Positions 1-10,209 of a DNA stretch of 35,107 bases are shown in pieces. Origin of the DNA: Thraustochytrium aureum (lineage: Eukaryota); the NCBI GenBank assembly GCA_012862495.1, contig BLSG01000076.1, positions 1-35,107 on the forward strand, read 5' to 3'. Each line of letters opens with the position of its first letter. The stretch's first letter is position 1. The notes under the pieces are model-generated. The model was given only the letters and a program-made list of their open reading frames with translations. It made no database searches and was not told the origin of the DNA. A program made the position numbers and the translations under genes.

Positions 1-149
1 GGTTCGAACGGTGCCCGCCGCGGGGCAAGGAGCAGCGGGTCTGCAGCCCGCAGCACTTCTCGGCTACGGGCAGACAATACAGAAACAACGCTTGTTTTCC
101 TCGTGCTTTCTTTCTTTCTTTCTGTAGGGAATGAATGGGTGACACGCAG

Positions 150-3100
150 CTAGAGCAGGATGTCGTCGGGCCGTTCGCCTGCCTCGTGCAACTCCCAGAT
201 GTAGCGAAGCCCAAGCTCCAAGCTGCTGACCCAGCCAGAGACGTCAAAAAGCGAGCTGGAGAGCCGCGCGTCCTCGAGGTTCTTGCGGATCGACCAGAGT
301 CGGTCTGGCTCGTTGCAGAGCGCAACAGTCAAATCCTCAAACTCTTGCGCCGTGTGCGTGATGAGGCTGTCGAGGCCCACGTCCCGCAGCATGCTTGCAG
401 AAACGCGCGAGGCCATCCTGCCACCCGTTTTCGGGACGCAGGTGAGGATCGGAACGCCGGCCCAGAGAATGTCAAGCGCGCTTGTTTGCGCGTTGCAAAC
501 CGGCGTGTCCAAAAACAGGTCTGCAAGGAAGACGCGGCGCATGTGGTCGTGGCGCGGCTCAAGGTTGGAGAAGACGAGCCGCTCGTCGCGGATGCCGCGC
601 GCGCGAGCTTCCGCGAGGATGTTGGCCTGCGCCAGCTTGGGGCTGTTGAGGAGCCAGAGCACTGTCTTGGGGACGCGCTCGAGGATGCGGCACCAGATCG
701 CAAAGGTTTCAGGGTCGATCTTGTAGGCCTGGTTGAAACAGGCAAGGACAATGGCGTTCTCCTCCAGACCGTACTCGGCGCGCTTGGGGCAGCTGGCCGT
801 GTCCAACACGAAACGCGCGCTTTGCTTGTGGTCGGCGACCATGCAGCACTGTGGCATGACGATGATCTTGTCGGTCGCCTCACTGCGGCGCACGTCGTCC
901 GCCTTTGCGAGTTCGTGGTCCACGAGCGTGTACTGCATAAAATCGGCGCAGAGCGGGCCGCAATATCCGTTGAGCAGCGCGATCTGCATCGGCGCAGGGC
1001 GCAACGCAAACACGTCGTTGCGCGACCCTGCGAGGTAGCCGTCCAAGTTGATAAGGACGTGGATGCCGTCCGCGTTGACTCGCTTGGCCGCCTCAAAGGC
1101 GCTGAGGCCCGCGATATCGACAAAGTGCTCCGCCTCGCGCGCCACGCGGCGGCGCAGCCTGGAGCGATCGTCGGGACTTGCCGCATAGCAGAAAACCTCA
1201 AACTCGCTCTCCTTGTGCGCCCCGAATATGCCCTGCAGCGCGTGCGCGATGGGGTGGTTGCCAAAGTTGGCCGACACGTACCCGACGCGGAGGCGCTCGT
1301 CCGGCCCTCGGGCGCGGTACGACAGCGTCGGAAAGCCCTGCAACTCGAGGGTGCGCTGCGCCGCCTTGGCGAAAGACTCTGCCAGGCTCAGCAAGAGCGA
1401 CGCCTCCCCGCCGAGCTCGCTGAGTGAAAAGGCCATGGTGTGGAAGGGCTGCACGGAGGGGGTCGGCAGCACCGAGGACGGGCGGGCCTCGTCCTGCGCG
1501 GAAACGATGCCAAGCTGGCGGCGAAGCGCCGCCAGGAGGCTGTCGGCGTCCTCGCGGCGGGTCTGCCAGTCGCAGATCATGGCGAGAGTGTGCGCCAAGT
1601 TGGCCTTTGCATCGGCGTACTCAGGTTTGAGCTTGATGGCCTTGCGAAAGCACGAGATCGCGTCATCTAGCCTGTCGGCGTCGCGGTACGCGCAGCCAAG
1701 ATTGTTGTAGGCCACTGGGAAGGCGTCGTCGAGCCGGATGGCCGTGGTGAAGCACTTGATGGCGTCCGTGAGGCGACCCATGTCCTTGTATGTGTTGCCC
1801 AAGTTGCTGTAGGCTGCAGCAAAGTGCGGGTCGATGGCGACGCTCTCCTGGTAGTGCGCCACGGCCTGCTCCAGCTTGCCCTGCTCCTTGAGCACGCTGG
1901 CGAGGTTGCTGTGCGCCGCGGCAAAGCGCGGCATCAGTCGGCAGGCGGTCATGTAGCAGTGCATTGCCTCGCTCACCATGCCACGGTCCTTGAGGAGGTT
2001 GCCGAGGTTGTTGTATGCGTGGGGGTGGTCGGGCTTTAGCTTGATGCAGACCCTGAACCGCTTGAGGGCCCCCTCGTCGTCCCCGATCTCCATCAAGGCG
2101 TTGCCCAGGTTGTTGTGCGCGTCTGGCAGGCTAGGCTCCAGCAGCACGGCGTGCTTGAAGCAGGCGATGGCCCGGTCGAGGTGGCCCTGGTCGTAGTAGA
2201 CGTTACCGAGGTTGCTGTGCGCTATGGCAAAGTCGGGCCGCAGGTCGATCGCGCGTTTGTAGCAATCCTCTGCTTCCTCGAGGCGTCGGGCCTCACGCAG
2301 CGCGTTGCCAAGGTTGCTGTGGGCGTCCGCCAGGTGCGGCGCTAGCCTGACGGCCTCCTCGTAGTATGCGATGGCCGTGTCGAGCTCGCCCTCGTCTTTA
2401 AAAAGACTGGCGATGTTGCTCCAAGCGATTGCAAAGTCGGGTCGGGTGCGGATGGCCTCGAGGTAGCACTTGCGGGCCTCCTCGAGCTTGCCCTGCGCCT
2501 TGTAGAGGTTGCCCATGTTGCTGTGGGCGTTGACGAGGCCGGGGTTGAGCACAAGCGCCATCTGGTAGGTTTCCAGCGCCTGCTTTGGCCGACCAAGCTG
2601 CATGTACGCGCTCGCCAAGTTGTTATACGCGTCCGCGTACCTGGGCTTGATCTTGATCGCCTTCAAGTAAAACTCGATCGCAGCCTTTGTGTCACCCAGC
2701 TCGCGCAGTGCGTTGCCCAGGTTGCCGTACGCCTCGGCAAAGCTGGCGTCCACCCGAATGGCCTGCTGATTGTAGAAAATGCTTTCTGAGAAATTGCGCA
2801 GCTGAAAGTGCGCGGCGCCCATCAGCAAGAGGTTTTCCTTCCGCCGTGCGTCCACCTGGTACACCATCTCGGCCACCGCAAGCGCGGCGCGAAAGTCTCC
2901 AGCAAGGTACTTGATCCTCGCGGCATGGACGCTCACCTCGTTTTCCTTGCCTTCATCTTCGTCCTCGCCTTCCTCAGCCAAGCGAATCCCTTGCGCGACC
3001 GTTCCCCTTTGCTGCGGCTCCCAACTCCCTTTCGACCCAACAAGCCCAAGCATCGAGCTGGCGCCCGTCAGTCCCGACATTGTGCGCCCGATACGCATCC

Positions 3101-3152
3101 CACTCTCTTCCTCTTCTTGCTCTGGCCTCGCGGCCCGGCCGCCGCTCGCCAT
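150..3152 (-). CDS. OGT: O-GlcNAc transferase, SEC/OGT type (TPR repeats + glycosyltransferase family 41), 1000 aa, single exon
   Basis: About 13 TPRs with a recurring AxxNLG pattern, then GT41 motifs PSVQPFH, RLRVGYVSANFGNHP, FALRPAP, FNQAYKIDP and LADLFLDTP..DILWAGVP. It lacks the animal intervening domain and has PSVQPFH as in plant SEC. Confidence 0.95.
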   Translation of the reverse strand: MASGGRAARPEQEEEESGMRIGRTMSGLTGASSMLGLVGSKGSWEPQQRGTVAQGIRLAEEGEDEDEGKENEVSVHAARIKYLAGDFRAALAVAEMVYQVDARRKENLLLMGAAHFQLRNFSESIFYNQQAIRVDASFAEAYGNLGNALRELGDTKAAIEFYLKAIKIKPRYADAYNNLASAYMQLGRPKQALETYQMALVLNPGLVNAHSNMGNLYKAQGKLEEARKCYLEAIRTRPDFAIAWSNIASLFKDEGELDTAIAYYEEAVRLAPHLADAHSNLGNALREARRLEEAEDCYKRAIDLRPDFAIAHSNLGNVYYDQGHLDRAIACFKHAVLLEPSLPDAHNNLGNALMEIGDDEGALKRFRVCIKLKPDHPHAYNNLGNLLKDRGMVSEAMHCYMTACRLMPRFAAAHSNLASVLKEQGKLEQAVAHYQESVAIDPHFAAAYSNLGNTYKDMGRLTDAIKCFTTAIRLDDAFPVAYNNLGCAYRDADRLDDAISCFRKAIKLKPEYADAKANLAHTLAMICDWQTRREDADSLLAALRRQLGIVSAQDEARPSSVLPTPSVQPFHTMAFSLSELGGEASLLLSLAESFAKAAQRTLELQGFPTLSYRARGPDERLRVGYVSANFGNHPIAHALQGIFGAHKESEFEVFCYAASPDDRSRLRRRVAREAEHFVDIAGLSAFEAAKRVNADGIHVLINLDGYLAGSRNDVFALRPAPMQIALLNGYCGPLCADFMQYTLVDHELAKADDVRRSEATDKIIVMPQCCMVADHKQSARFVLDTASCPKRAEYGLEENAIVLACFNQAYKIDPETFAIWCRILERVPKTVLWLLNSPKLAQANILAEARARGIRDERLVFSNLEPRHDHMRRVFLADLFLDTPVCNAQTSALDILWAGVPILTCVPKTGGRMASRVSASMLRDVGLDSLITHTAQEFEDLTVALCNEPDRLWSIRKNLEDARLSSSLFDVSGWVSSLELGLRYIWELHEAGERPDDILL

Positions 3153-4200
3153 TAGTGCCGCCGGCGCTCACAACAAGGGCCAGTGCACCGTGGTCAGGCC
3201 GCCTTCGAAGGTCTCAAAATCGCCGATCAAACGGAGAAAAGCACCGCACAGCACGTACGCCACGGCGCAGCGCCACGCCTTTGGACTCCAATCACGCAGC
3301 TCGCCGAGCTGGTATGCTGCTCCGTTCGACCAATTTCGATATCGGTCGAGCTTCGGCGTCAAAGCGCAGCGCGAGCCAGCCTCCAAACGGAAAGCCCACG
3401 CACCCGGCCGCGGGACGACGTCAGTTCTGCTGGGCTCGCGTCTCGCCCTCGCCCAGGTCGTCCAGGTCGAGCTGGTCGAGCAGGTCGCCCAGCTCGTGCA
3501 GCTCGTGCAGCTCGTGCAGGTCGAGCGCTGCTGCGGTCGATTGGCATCTGAGACGCGTTCGACCTCCTGATACCGTTGAACGGACCTTTTTTGACCGCCG
3601 ATGTCTTGCTGGAAAGCACGCGGCGGTGCGGGCCAGCAACAGCGGGCGCGGCTGGACGAGCACGAACAAGCGCGCTCAACGTACCCTGCGCGCTCCACGA
3701 GCTTTGCGTGCTGCGTGCGCATCGGCCACGATCGGCACTTGCGCCTCGTTCGCTCGGCGACTCCAAGTCCAACAAGCACGCACGCTCTGTACTAATCAAC
3801 GCCGGCCATAGTTCCGCCTGGGCGCGCGGCCGAGCGAGGGATTCCGCTGCCTTTTAATTTCACTCTTCTCTATACTTACGATACAAAGCCCAGTAAACGT
3901 CCTTGTTTAAATGCGATAGGCTTTGTATTGGGCAAGCGTTTTGGCCCGAATTGACGACGGACACAGAGACGGACGATCGGACCCGTCAGTCGTCCATCGA
4001 CGAGGAAGTGCGCAGGGCAACGCAGCAGCAGCAGCTTGATCGGTGCGCGTTTCGACGTTGTTGTTCTTGTTGCCGTTGATTTAGTTGCTGGACGTGGCAA
4101 GGCTGCTCTCGTCCTGCTGTCGCGCTTCGGTGCCTGTTCGTTCGCTCGAAACGTGGTTGAAGGCCTGCGCGCCACGCCGCCAAGCTGCGACGCCACGAAC

Positions 4201-5339
4201 ATGTGGACGCGGGCGGGACGCAAGCTGAGGCTGGCCTCAAGCGCGAGCGAGCTTGCTGCTGTGGCCGCCAGGCAGAAGGCCGACGGCACGAGATTTGTGG
4301 GCTTGGCGAGGGCGTTGTCGGGGTCAACGACGACGGGCAAAGACGAGGCGGTGGCCAACGTGAAGATTGCCTTCGTCGGCGGCGGGAAGATGGCCGAGGC
4401 GATGATCGGCGGGATCATGAAAAACCCCAGTCTTTCAAGGTGAGCGGCGTCGTGGATATCAACAAGAACAGGCGCGCGTTCATGGAGAAGGAATTCGCGG
4501 TCCCCGCNNNNNNNNNNNNNNNNNNNNNNNNNNNNNNNNNNNNNNNNNNNNNNNNNNNNNNNNNNNNNNNNNNNNNNNNNNNNNNNNNNNNNNNNNNNNN
4601 NNNNNNNNNNNNNNNNNNNNNNNNNNNNNNNNNNNNNNNNNNNNNNNNNNNNNNNNNNNNNNNNNNNNNNNNNNNNNNNNNNNNNNNNNNNNNNNNNNNN
4701 NNNNNNNNNNNNNNNNNNNNNNNNNNNNNNNNNNNNNNNNNNNNNNNNNNNNNNNNNNNNNNNNNNNNNNNNNNNNNNNNNNNNNNNNNNNNNNNNNNNN
4801 NNATCGCACAGCTCCACGCCGGGCTTGGACTCGAGCGCGTCTGCCGAGCGATGCCCAACACCCCTGCGCAAGCACAAGCGGGCATGACCGTATGGTGCAC
4901 GTCCCCAGACGTGCCTCTTCAGAGCAAACGCGACCTGAAAGCGCTTTTCGAAACCTGCGGTGAGGAAGAGTACCTTGAAGACGAAGAACTGCTGGACGCC
5001 TGTACCGCGCTCAGCGGGTCTGGGCCAGCTTACTTTTTGATGACGATGGAAGCGATGATCGACTCTGGCGTCCACATGGGTCTTTCGCGCGAGCTCGCGA
5101 CGCGACTCGTCGAGCAAACGATGTATGGCACCGCAGTCCACGTGCAAGAGCAAGGCAAGCACGTGTCAATTTTGCGGAATGACATCACTTCTCCGGGCGG
5201 CACGACAGCTCATGCGCTCTACATGCTGGAGCGTGGCGGATTCCGCACCAACATCCACGACTCTGCTTGGGCGGCGTACCGCCGAAGCCGCGAGCTCGGC
5301 AATAAGGACTCGGCCATTGGCCCTGAGGTGAACCGGTAG
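4201..5339 (+). CDS. proC: Pyrroline-5-carboxylate reductase with a probable mitochondrial presequence; frameshift near 4420-4428; spans gap 4508-4802
   Basis: ATG 4201 gives an Arg/Ala/Ser-rich leader, then the Rossmann motif KIAFVGGGKMAEAMIGG. After the gap come RAMPNTP, TALSGSGPAY, GLSRELA and LRNDITSPGGTT. The 5' part and the remainder are in different frames. Confidence 0.93.
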
Positions 5340-5816
5340 TGCCCGTGGAGCTTGTGGAACCCAGGGTCTATTTTGGCGAGCAAGCCTGCCTGTGTGCCGG
5401 GGAGCGAGGCGCAGTGGCAAAGGGAGCGACCAGCCTCCCTCATGCTCAGCTAGGTAGCACCTGATCAATGTTATAACGAGAGAAACCTGAACTCTGCGTT
5501 TGAGCCGTCCTTGCATGGCGAACTAGCAGAGGCCGACACGACGCGATACCGAAGAATCCCCCATGAGCGCCTCTCCAGCTGGCTCGCCAACAGGAGCAAA
5601 TCAACGTGACCCAGTTTTTCATGAATGATGTTATGAAAAAACAAAGATCCGATAGATCCGTTTTCAAGTGCAGGCAGCGCTGCAACGAATTCAATCCAAT
5701 GCAGGGCTGCCTCGAAGCCGCGCGCCGCAGAGCCGAGGCTCGAGGCTCGAGGCTCGTCGGTCTCGACAGGGCAGAGGCTCGCGCGAATTGGTCGGCATTT
5801 GGACGTGCCGTAGGAG

Positions 5817-7292
5817 ATGGTCGCACAGCCAGCCCGCCAGCAGCATGTCGCCAGCAACAAGGCCGCGCCGGCGAAAACCCACGCCAACTCGAGCAAGGCG
5901 CGGGGTCGAGCCGCGTGGCAATCCAAGCGGCAGGTTTCGATTACGGACATGCTAGATTTGCAGAGATCCAGCGAGGCCCGGACGGGCGAGGACGGGATGA
6001 TGCGGGAGCTACGAGTACTCGCAGGTGGATCTCTGCGTGACAGGCTGCACGTGCGCGCAACGCGGGCAGGCAATCAGGTATGGGATGAACGCAAAGAAGC
6101 CAACCTGATGCTTGCAAAGTCGGGCAAGTGCTTTGCGGACCCTGGGCAGCGCCGCCTAGTTAAGCTCGTGCGTCAGATCGAGACGAACGAGGCGGTTGCA
6201 ACGAAGCGCTGGCCTCGCGTTCCGCGGGGCGGTCGCCTCGGCGTGGGCACATTGCCCACGCTCCGTACAGCTCTTGGGCAGGCTGTGCAAGACAAGTTGT
6301 TCTCACTGGACGAGGCATCTGCAGCGGCGCGCCGCAAGTTCTTGCGCCGCAAGTGCCTAATGCAGGTACGAGACTTGGCCCAGCACGACGGCTCGGCGGT
6401 AGAACTTCGGCGGGAGCGGGAGCGCGAAAGAGCCACTGCAGCTGAGCGACTTCGCATGCAACGCCGGAAAGAGTACAGAGCTCCACGGCCTCGGTGCCAA
6501 GGGCTGTCCGTCCACCAAATGCCCTTTGCTGACAGTGACGACACCGGGCAGCGACCGAGCAGCACTGAGGGACGAGAAAGTAGCGGCGCTGGTGAAAGCA
6601 TTATTGCTGAGGTTGGCGGAGCTGGCGGCGATCGTGCTGGCGGCGATCGTGCTGGTGACGATAGCAAGAGAGGGAAAAGGTCACACCAACAAACCCCGCG
6701 CGGCAGTAAAACCAAGGGCAGCGGCCGCCACACTACTGATCGGAGCACGCACGTTGAGGCTACGCTTGCCAAGCAATGCGAGCCGCGGCCGCCAGCGACT
6801 GCGGCCGGGTCTGGCAACCGCCGGCCCGCACCTCCTCCGAAAGTAGTCGTGCAGCCCCGGCGCATTGCCGACCTGCATTTGGCGTCGCTCGGAATCAGCA
6901 TTGATGCTCTGCTCGGTGAAGGATTCGAGGCACCTTTATTGGATGAAGATGCCGGCGCAGAAGCGCGCGAGCACCACTCCAAGGTTCGCTTCGCCTTCGA
7001 CCGCGTCAAGGACCACAAGTGGCTGATGTCTCGCGGCCTTGCTACGCCAGACGATGCGGACAGCGCGGAAAAGGACCGAGAAGATGGTCCCCAGGAACGC
7101 GTGGCGGGCTTTTCGCGCAGTCGGGCGAAACGCGGGATGAAACCTCGCGGTCCCACCGTGCCGCTTGAAGCGGGCCAGGGTGAGGTGCCCGCATATGTTT
7201 CCAAGCAAGTTGCAGCGCTGGGCTCCGCTTCGTGGTTTATGGACAACCTCGCGTCGCGTGAGGTCACGCGCTTTGACGAAATGTTTGCTTGA
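5817..7292 (+). CDS. Hypothetical basic, partly disordered protein (491 aa)
   Basis: Long ATG-initiated ORF with helical charged segments and an in-frame 15-bp repeat (AGGDR-AGGDR-AGDD, ~6621-6662), followed by a T-rich 3' region. No recognised domain. Confidence 0.5.
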   Translation: MVAQPARQQHVASNKAAPAKTHANSSKARGRAAWQSKRQVSITDMLDLQRSSEARTGEDGMMRELRVLAGGSLRDRLHVRATRAGNQVWDERKEANLMLAKSGKCFADPGQRRLVKLVRQIETNEAVATKRWPRVPRGGRLGVGTLPTLRTALGQAVQDKLFSLDEASAAARRKFLRRKCLMQVRDLAQHDGSAVELRRERERERATAAERLRMQRRKEYRAPRPRCQGLSVHQMPFADSDDTGQRPSSTEGRESSGAGESIIAEVGGAGGDRAGGDRAGDDSKRGKRSHQQTPRGSKTKGSGRHTTDRSTHVEATLAKQCEPRPPATAAGSGNRRPAPPPKVVVQPRRIADLHLASLGISIDALLGEGFEAPLLDEDAGAEAREHHSKVRFAFDRVKDHKWLMSRGLATPDDADSAEKDREDGPQERVAGFSRSRAKRGMKPRGPTVPLEAGQGEVPAYVSKQVAALGSASWFMDNLASREVTRFDEMFA

Positions 7293-8954
7293 TCAAGAGA
7301 GCTTTTCTTGTTTTTGCATAGGGTAAACTGTGCAACCGCTGCGATGGTGTATCGTCTCACCTCGCTCAGTCCTCCATGCTTGTTCTCTTCTGCTCGATGA
7401 AAGACAAGAGCCGCCAGAGTCCGTTACAGTCCCTTGTTCTGTGCCGTGGTCGTGGAGTGCGGCTTAAGGAAGGGAATGCTCGTTGCGCGCGGCCCTTCCC
7501 ACCTCTCTGGCATCGCTACTCCCTTACGAGATGGAATACACGTCGATGGAGGTCGCGCAGGCGCAATGTGCTTGCTCCAGAAGGAGATTCACCATCCATG
7601 ACAGTCAGGTGCAGCCAGTTGCAGCTCACTTTCGTGCAATTGGCGTCGTCCAGCGTTTCTCTGCTTGAACCAACGCCAGTGCCGCTGCACTTGGGCAAGG
7701 TGGAGAAATGTGCTTGCTTGTTTCTCAGTAGCAGAATCGAACAACATGCCTCCTTGAGTACAGTGTAGTGGGGGCTGGTTGAGTGCACAGAGTTCCCATT
7801 TGCGGCGCGGTCTCACTGTAGTAGGCCCCCTCCGAGGCTGAAACGGTTGAGAAAGTGATTGCATTGCCCACAAAAAAGCGCAGAGCCACTGCTCAATCCA
7901 CGATCGCAGCGGTCTTCTCTGGGCAATGCTCATCGCCTACCGAACGAGTAAAGTCAAAAGAGTCAAAAGGGGGAAGGGCTTCCAACGGACAAACAAGCCA
8001 ACGGAATCCTCGAAAATCAGCTCACCGATCAACTCGCCGCACAGGCGTTGAGAACGATGACTGAATGAAAGGAAGCGGCAGACGGGGAGGAAGGAAGGGT
8101 AAGGGGGGAGGTCGTAGCTCGGAGGTTGCGGTGCCTTGTGCTATGTGAAGTGACTGCCCGCCGCGGGCAGGCTGCCGCCGCGCTCGTCAACCGGATCACT
8201 TTTAATTTCTTGGCAGTCATCCGAGAAATGACCTCCGCCGCCTGCCCCGGACCAACGCCGTACAAACGTGCTGCAGACGATCAATGCGGTGCGACAGCGT
8301 AGTCCAATATTTGCGAGGCAGTTTCCGCCGCCGAGGCCTTGATCCGTTGCACTTTTGAATTGAAGTCCGGCCCTCCAAGTGCCCAATACCGACGCTTCGG
8401 TGCCAGCTCGTACTGTGTTCTACTCTGTAGCTTGCTGCGCGTTACACCGGATCTGGGCGCGTTTTAATTCCCTCCGTTTGTGGCAGTAGCTGGCAGCCGC
8501 AACCCGCGCCGATTCCGAGCCGGTTGCGAGAACTGCCGCGCGTCGGGACAGCAGTTGCAGAGGTGGAGGCGATAGAAGGGAAATGCGTTGCGGCAGACGA
8601 ATAAAAAGGAGTATCAGTAGAGCAGAGAGGTGCCGGCCGGCTGTCAAGTTAAAACCCACTGGAACGCTTTAAAAAACCTACATCGTTTCCCTGAGGGGTC
8701 TGGTCGTTACCGGGTTTCCAGGCAGGCCTCGCATCTCTCGTCGATTGCTCCCTTGCAAGGAGCTCTACGAGCAAGAGAGCTATCGTAGAGCAAGAGCTAG
8801 GAGGGGGTGATGTGATTGCTGCATCGGTAGACCCCAATCGAGAGCGGCCAAACTGCACGGCTTTCTGCTGCCTCTTCGCGACTGCGAGCGATCAATTGCG
8901 CGAGGTCAAAACCACGCCTTGATTCCAGACGGCTTCCAGCAAGGCACGGGCAGG

Positions 8955-10209
8955 ATGGCGGCAAACGCAACACTCACCTGGGCTGAGGCCGCGATGTTGG
9001 TGCCCGACGGGACGGAGCTCTCCATCAAGTACGACGTTGTCTGGGTCGTGGCCAGCTACGTTTTCAGCGCAGTTGCTGCAAATGCAGGCGTGAACGCAGT
9101 CGAGGCCTTTCGAAGCGAGCCAAACTCTTGGCGCGGCGCACGGTGCTTGGGACTCTTCAGCCTGTGCGTCGGCGGCGTTGGAATTTGGTTTCTTCACTTT
9201 GTTGGAATGTATGCAGTGTCGTAAGTTCTCCTTTTTGAGTGTGCCGTGTGCACGCGTCATGCTGACATCGTGAAGACTCGAGCTGCGCATGTCGGACGGC
9301 GGCGTTGTTGATGTTCCGTCCCGCTACGACGCTTCGATGACAGTCATGTCCTGGGTCTTCCCAGTGGCCTTTGTTCACTTGGGCGCCGTGGTGGCAAGCA
9401 AGGACGAGTTTTTCGGGCGATCGAGCGAACAGGCCGCAGGCGCTCTTCGAGATCTCATATCTTTCAAGGACCTCGTGAAAAAGAAGCGAAACCTGCACTT
9501 TATCGCACTCTTCGCCAAGCCTCAGCGATTCATCGCCGGCGGCGTTGTCGCAGGGATAGGCGTTCTTGCAATGCACTATACGGGCATGGCTGCTGTTGCC
9601 CGGGCCGGCTTCCGCATTGACTGGTCGCCGGCAGTGATCTGCATCTCTGTGGTACTGGCTGTCGTAGTCCCGACCGTCGGGTTCTGGATCATCTTTCGGT
9701 TTTTGCAGTGGCGCCCTCGCCTGGAGTGGCTCCGCATAGCATCCGCTCTTGTCATTGCGGTCGCTGTCGCGCTTGTGCACTATTTTGGAATGCTTGCTGC
9801 TACTTATCGCGTGCACCACGCCTCGACTGTGCTCCAAAGCGAATTCGGGGCGGGCCTCAGCCTTTTAGAAAAGGACCCGAGCAAAGAGGACGTGCTCTTC
9901 TTCGGGGCCTTGATGGCGGCAACCGTTATCGTTTGCTCTCAAATGTATCTGTTGTACGTCGCGCGCGTGAACCGTGAACTCGTTATCGAACGTCTTCTAT
10001 CTGACCTCAGCGCTACTCTGGACGAAGTCCTGTCAAAGTGCTCAACGCTATCGAACGGCAGAGCGGAGATCAGGCGCTTGCTCAAGGGCGCGAATACAGC
10101 TGCATCATCCTCCACTACTGCGGGAAATCGCAAGCAAACGTCGTCTGTGATACCCGATGGGCAGTCATCGGTCGTGTCCAACGCGGCCCCATCTTCTGAA
10201 AAGGTATAG
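8955..10209 (+). CDS. MHYT-domain integral membrane sensor protein, 399 aa; exons 8955-9220 and 9276-10209
   Basis: Three MHYT-type motifs (GIWFLHFVGM, VLAMHYTGM, VALVHYFGM) between hydrophobic helices, with a typical N-terminal YDxxxVxxSY. The 55-nt intron 9221-9275 (GTAAGT, CTGAC 9262-9266, AAG) joins the two ORFs in frame (1200 nt total). Confidence 0.9.

Noticed and set aside
1..20. GGTTCGAA resembling a tRNA T-loop / B box
   Set aside because: The following bases (CGGTG) cannot complete a T-stem or acceptor stem, and the upstream part is outside the window.
135..1427. 430-aa plus-strand ORF and the many other long overlapping ORFs in the track
   Set aside because: They are antisense or alternate-frame shadows of GC3-rich real genes (here OGT) with no domain motifs.
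7376..8900. Short ORFs between the orphan and the MHYT gene
   Set aside because: No motifs or codon bias; treated as intergenic.
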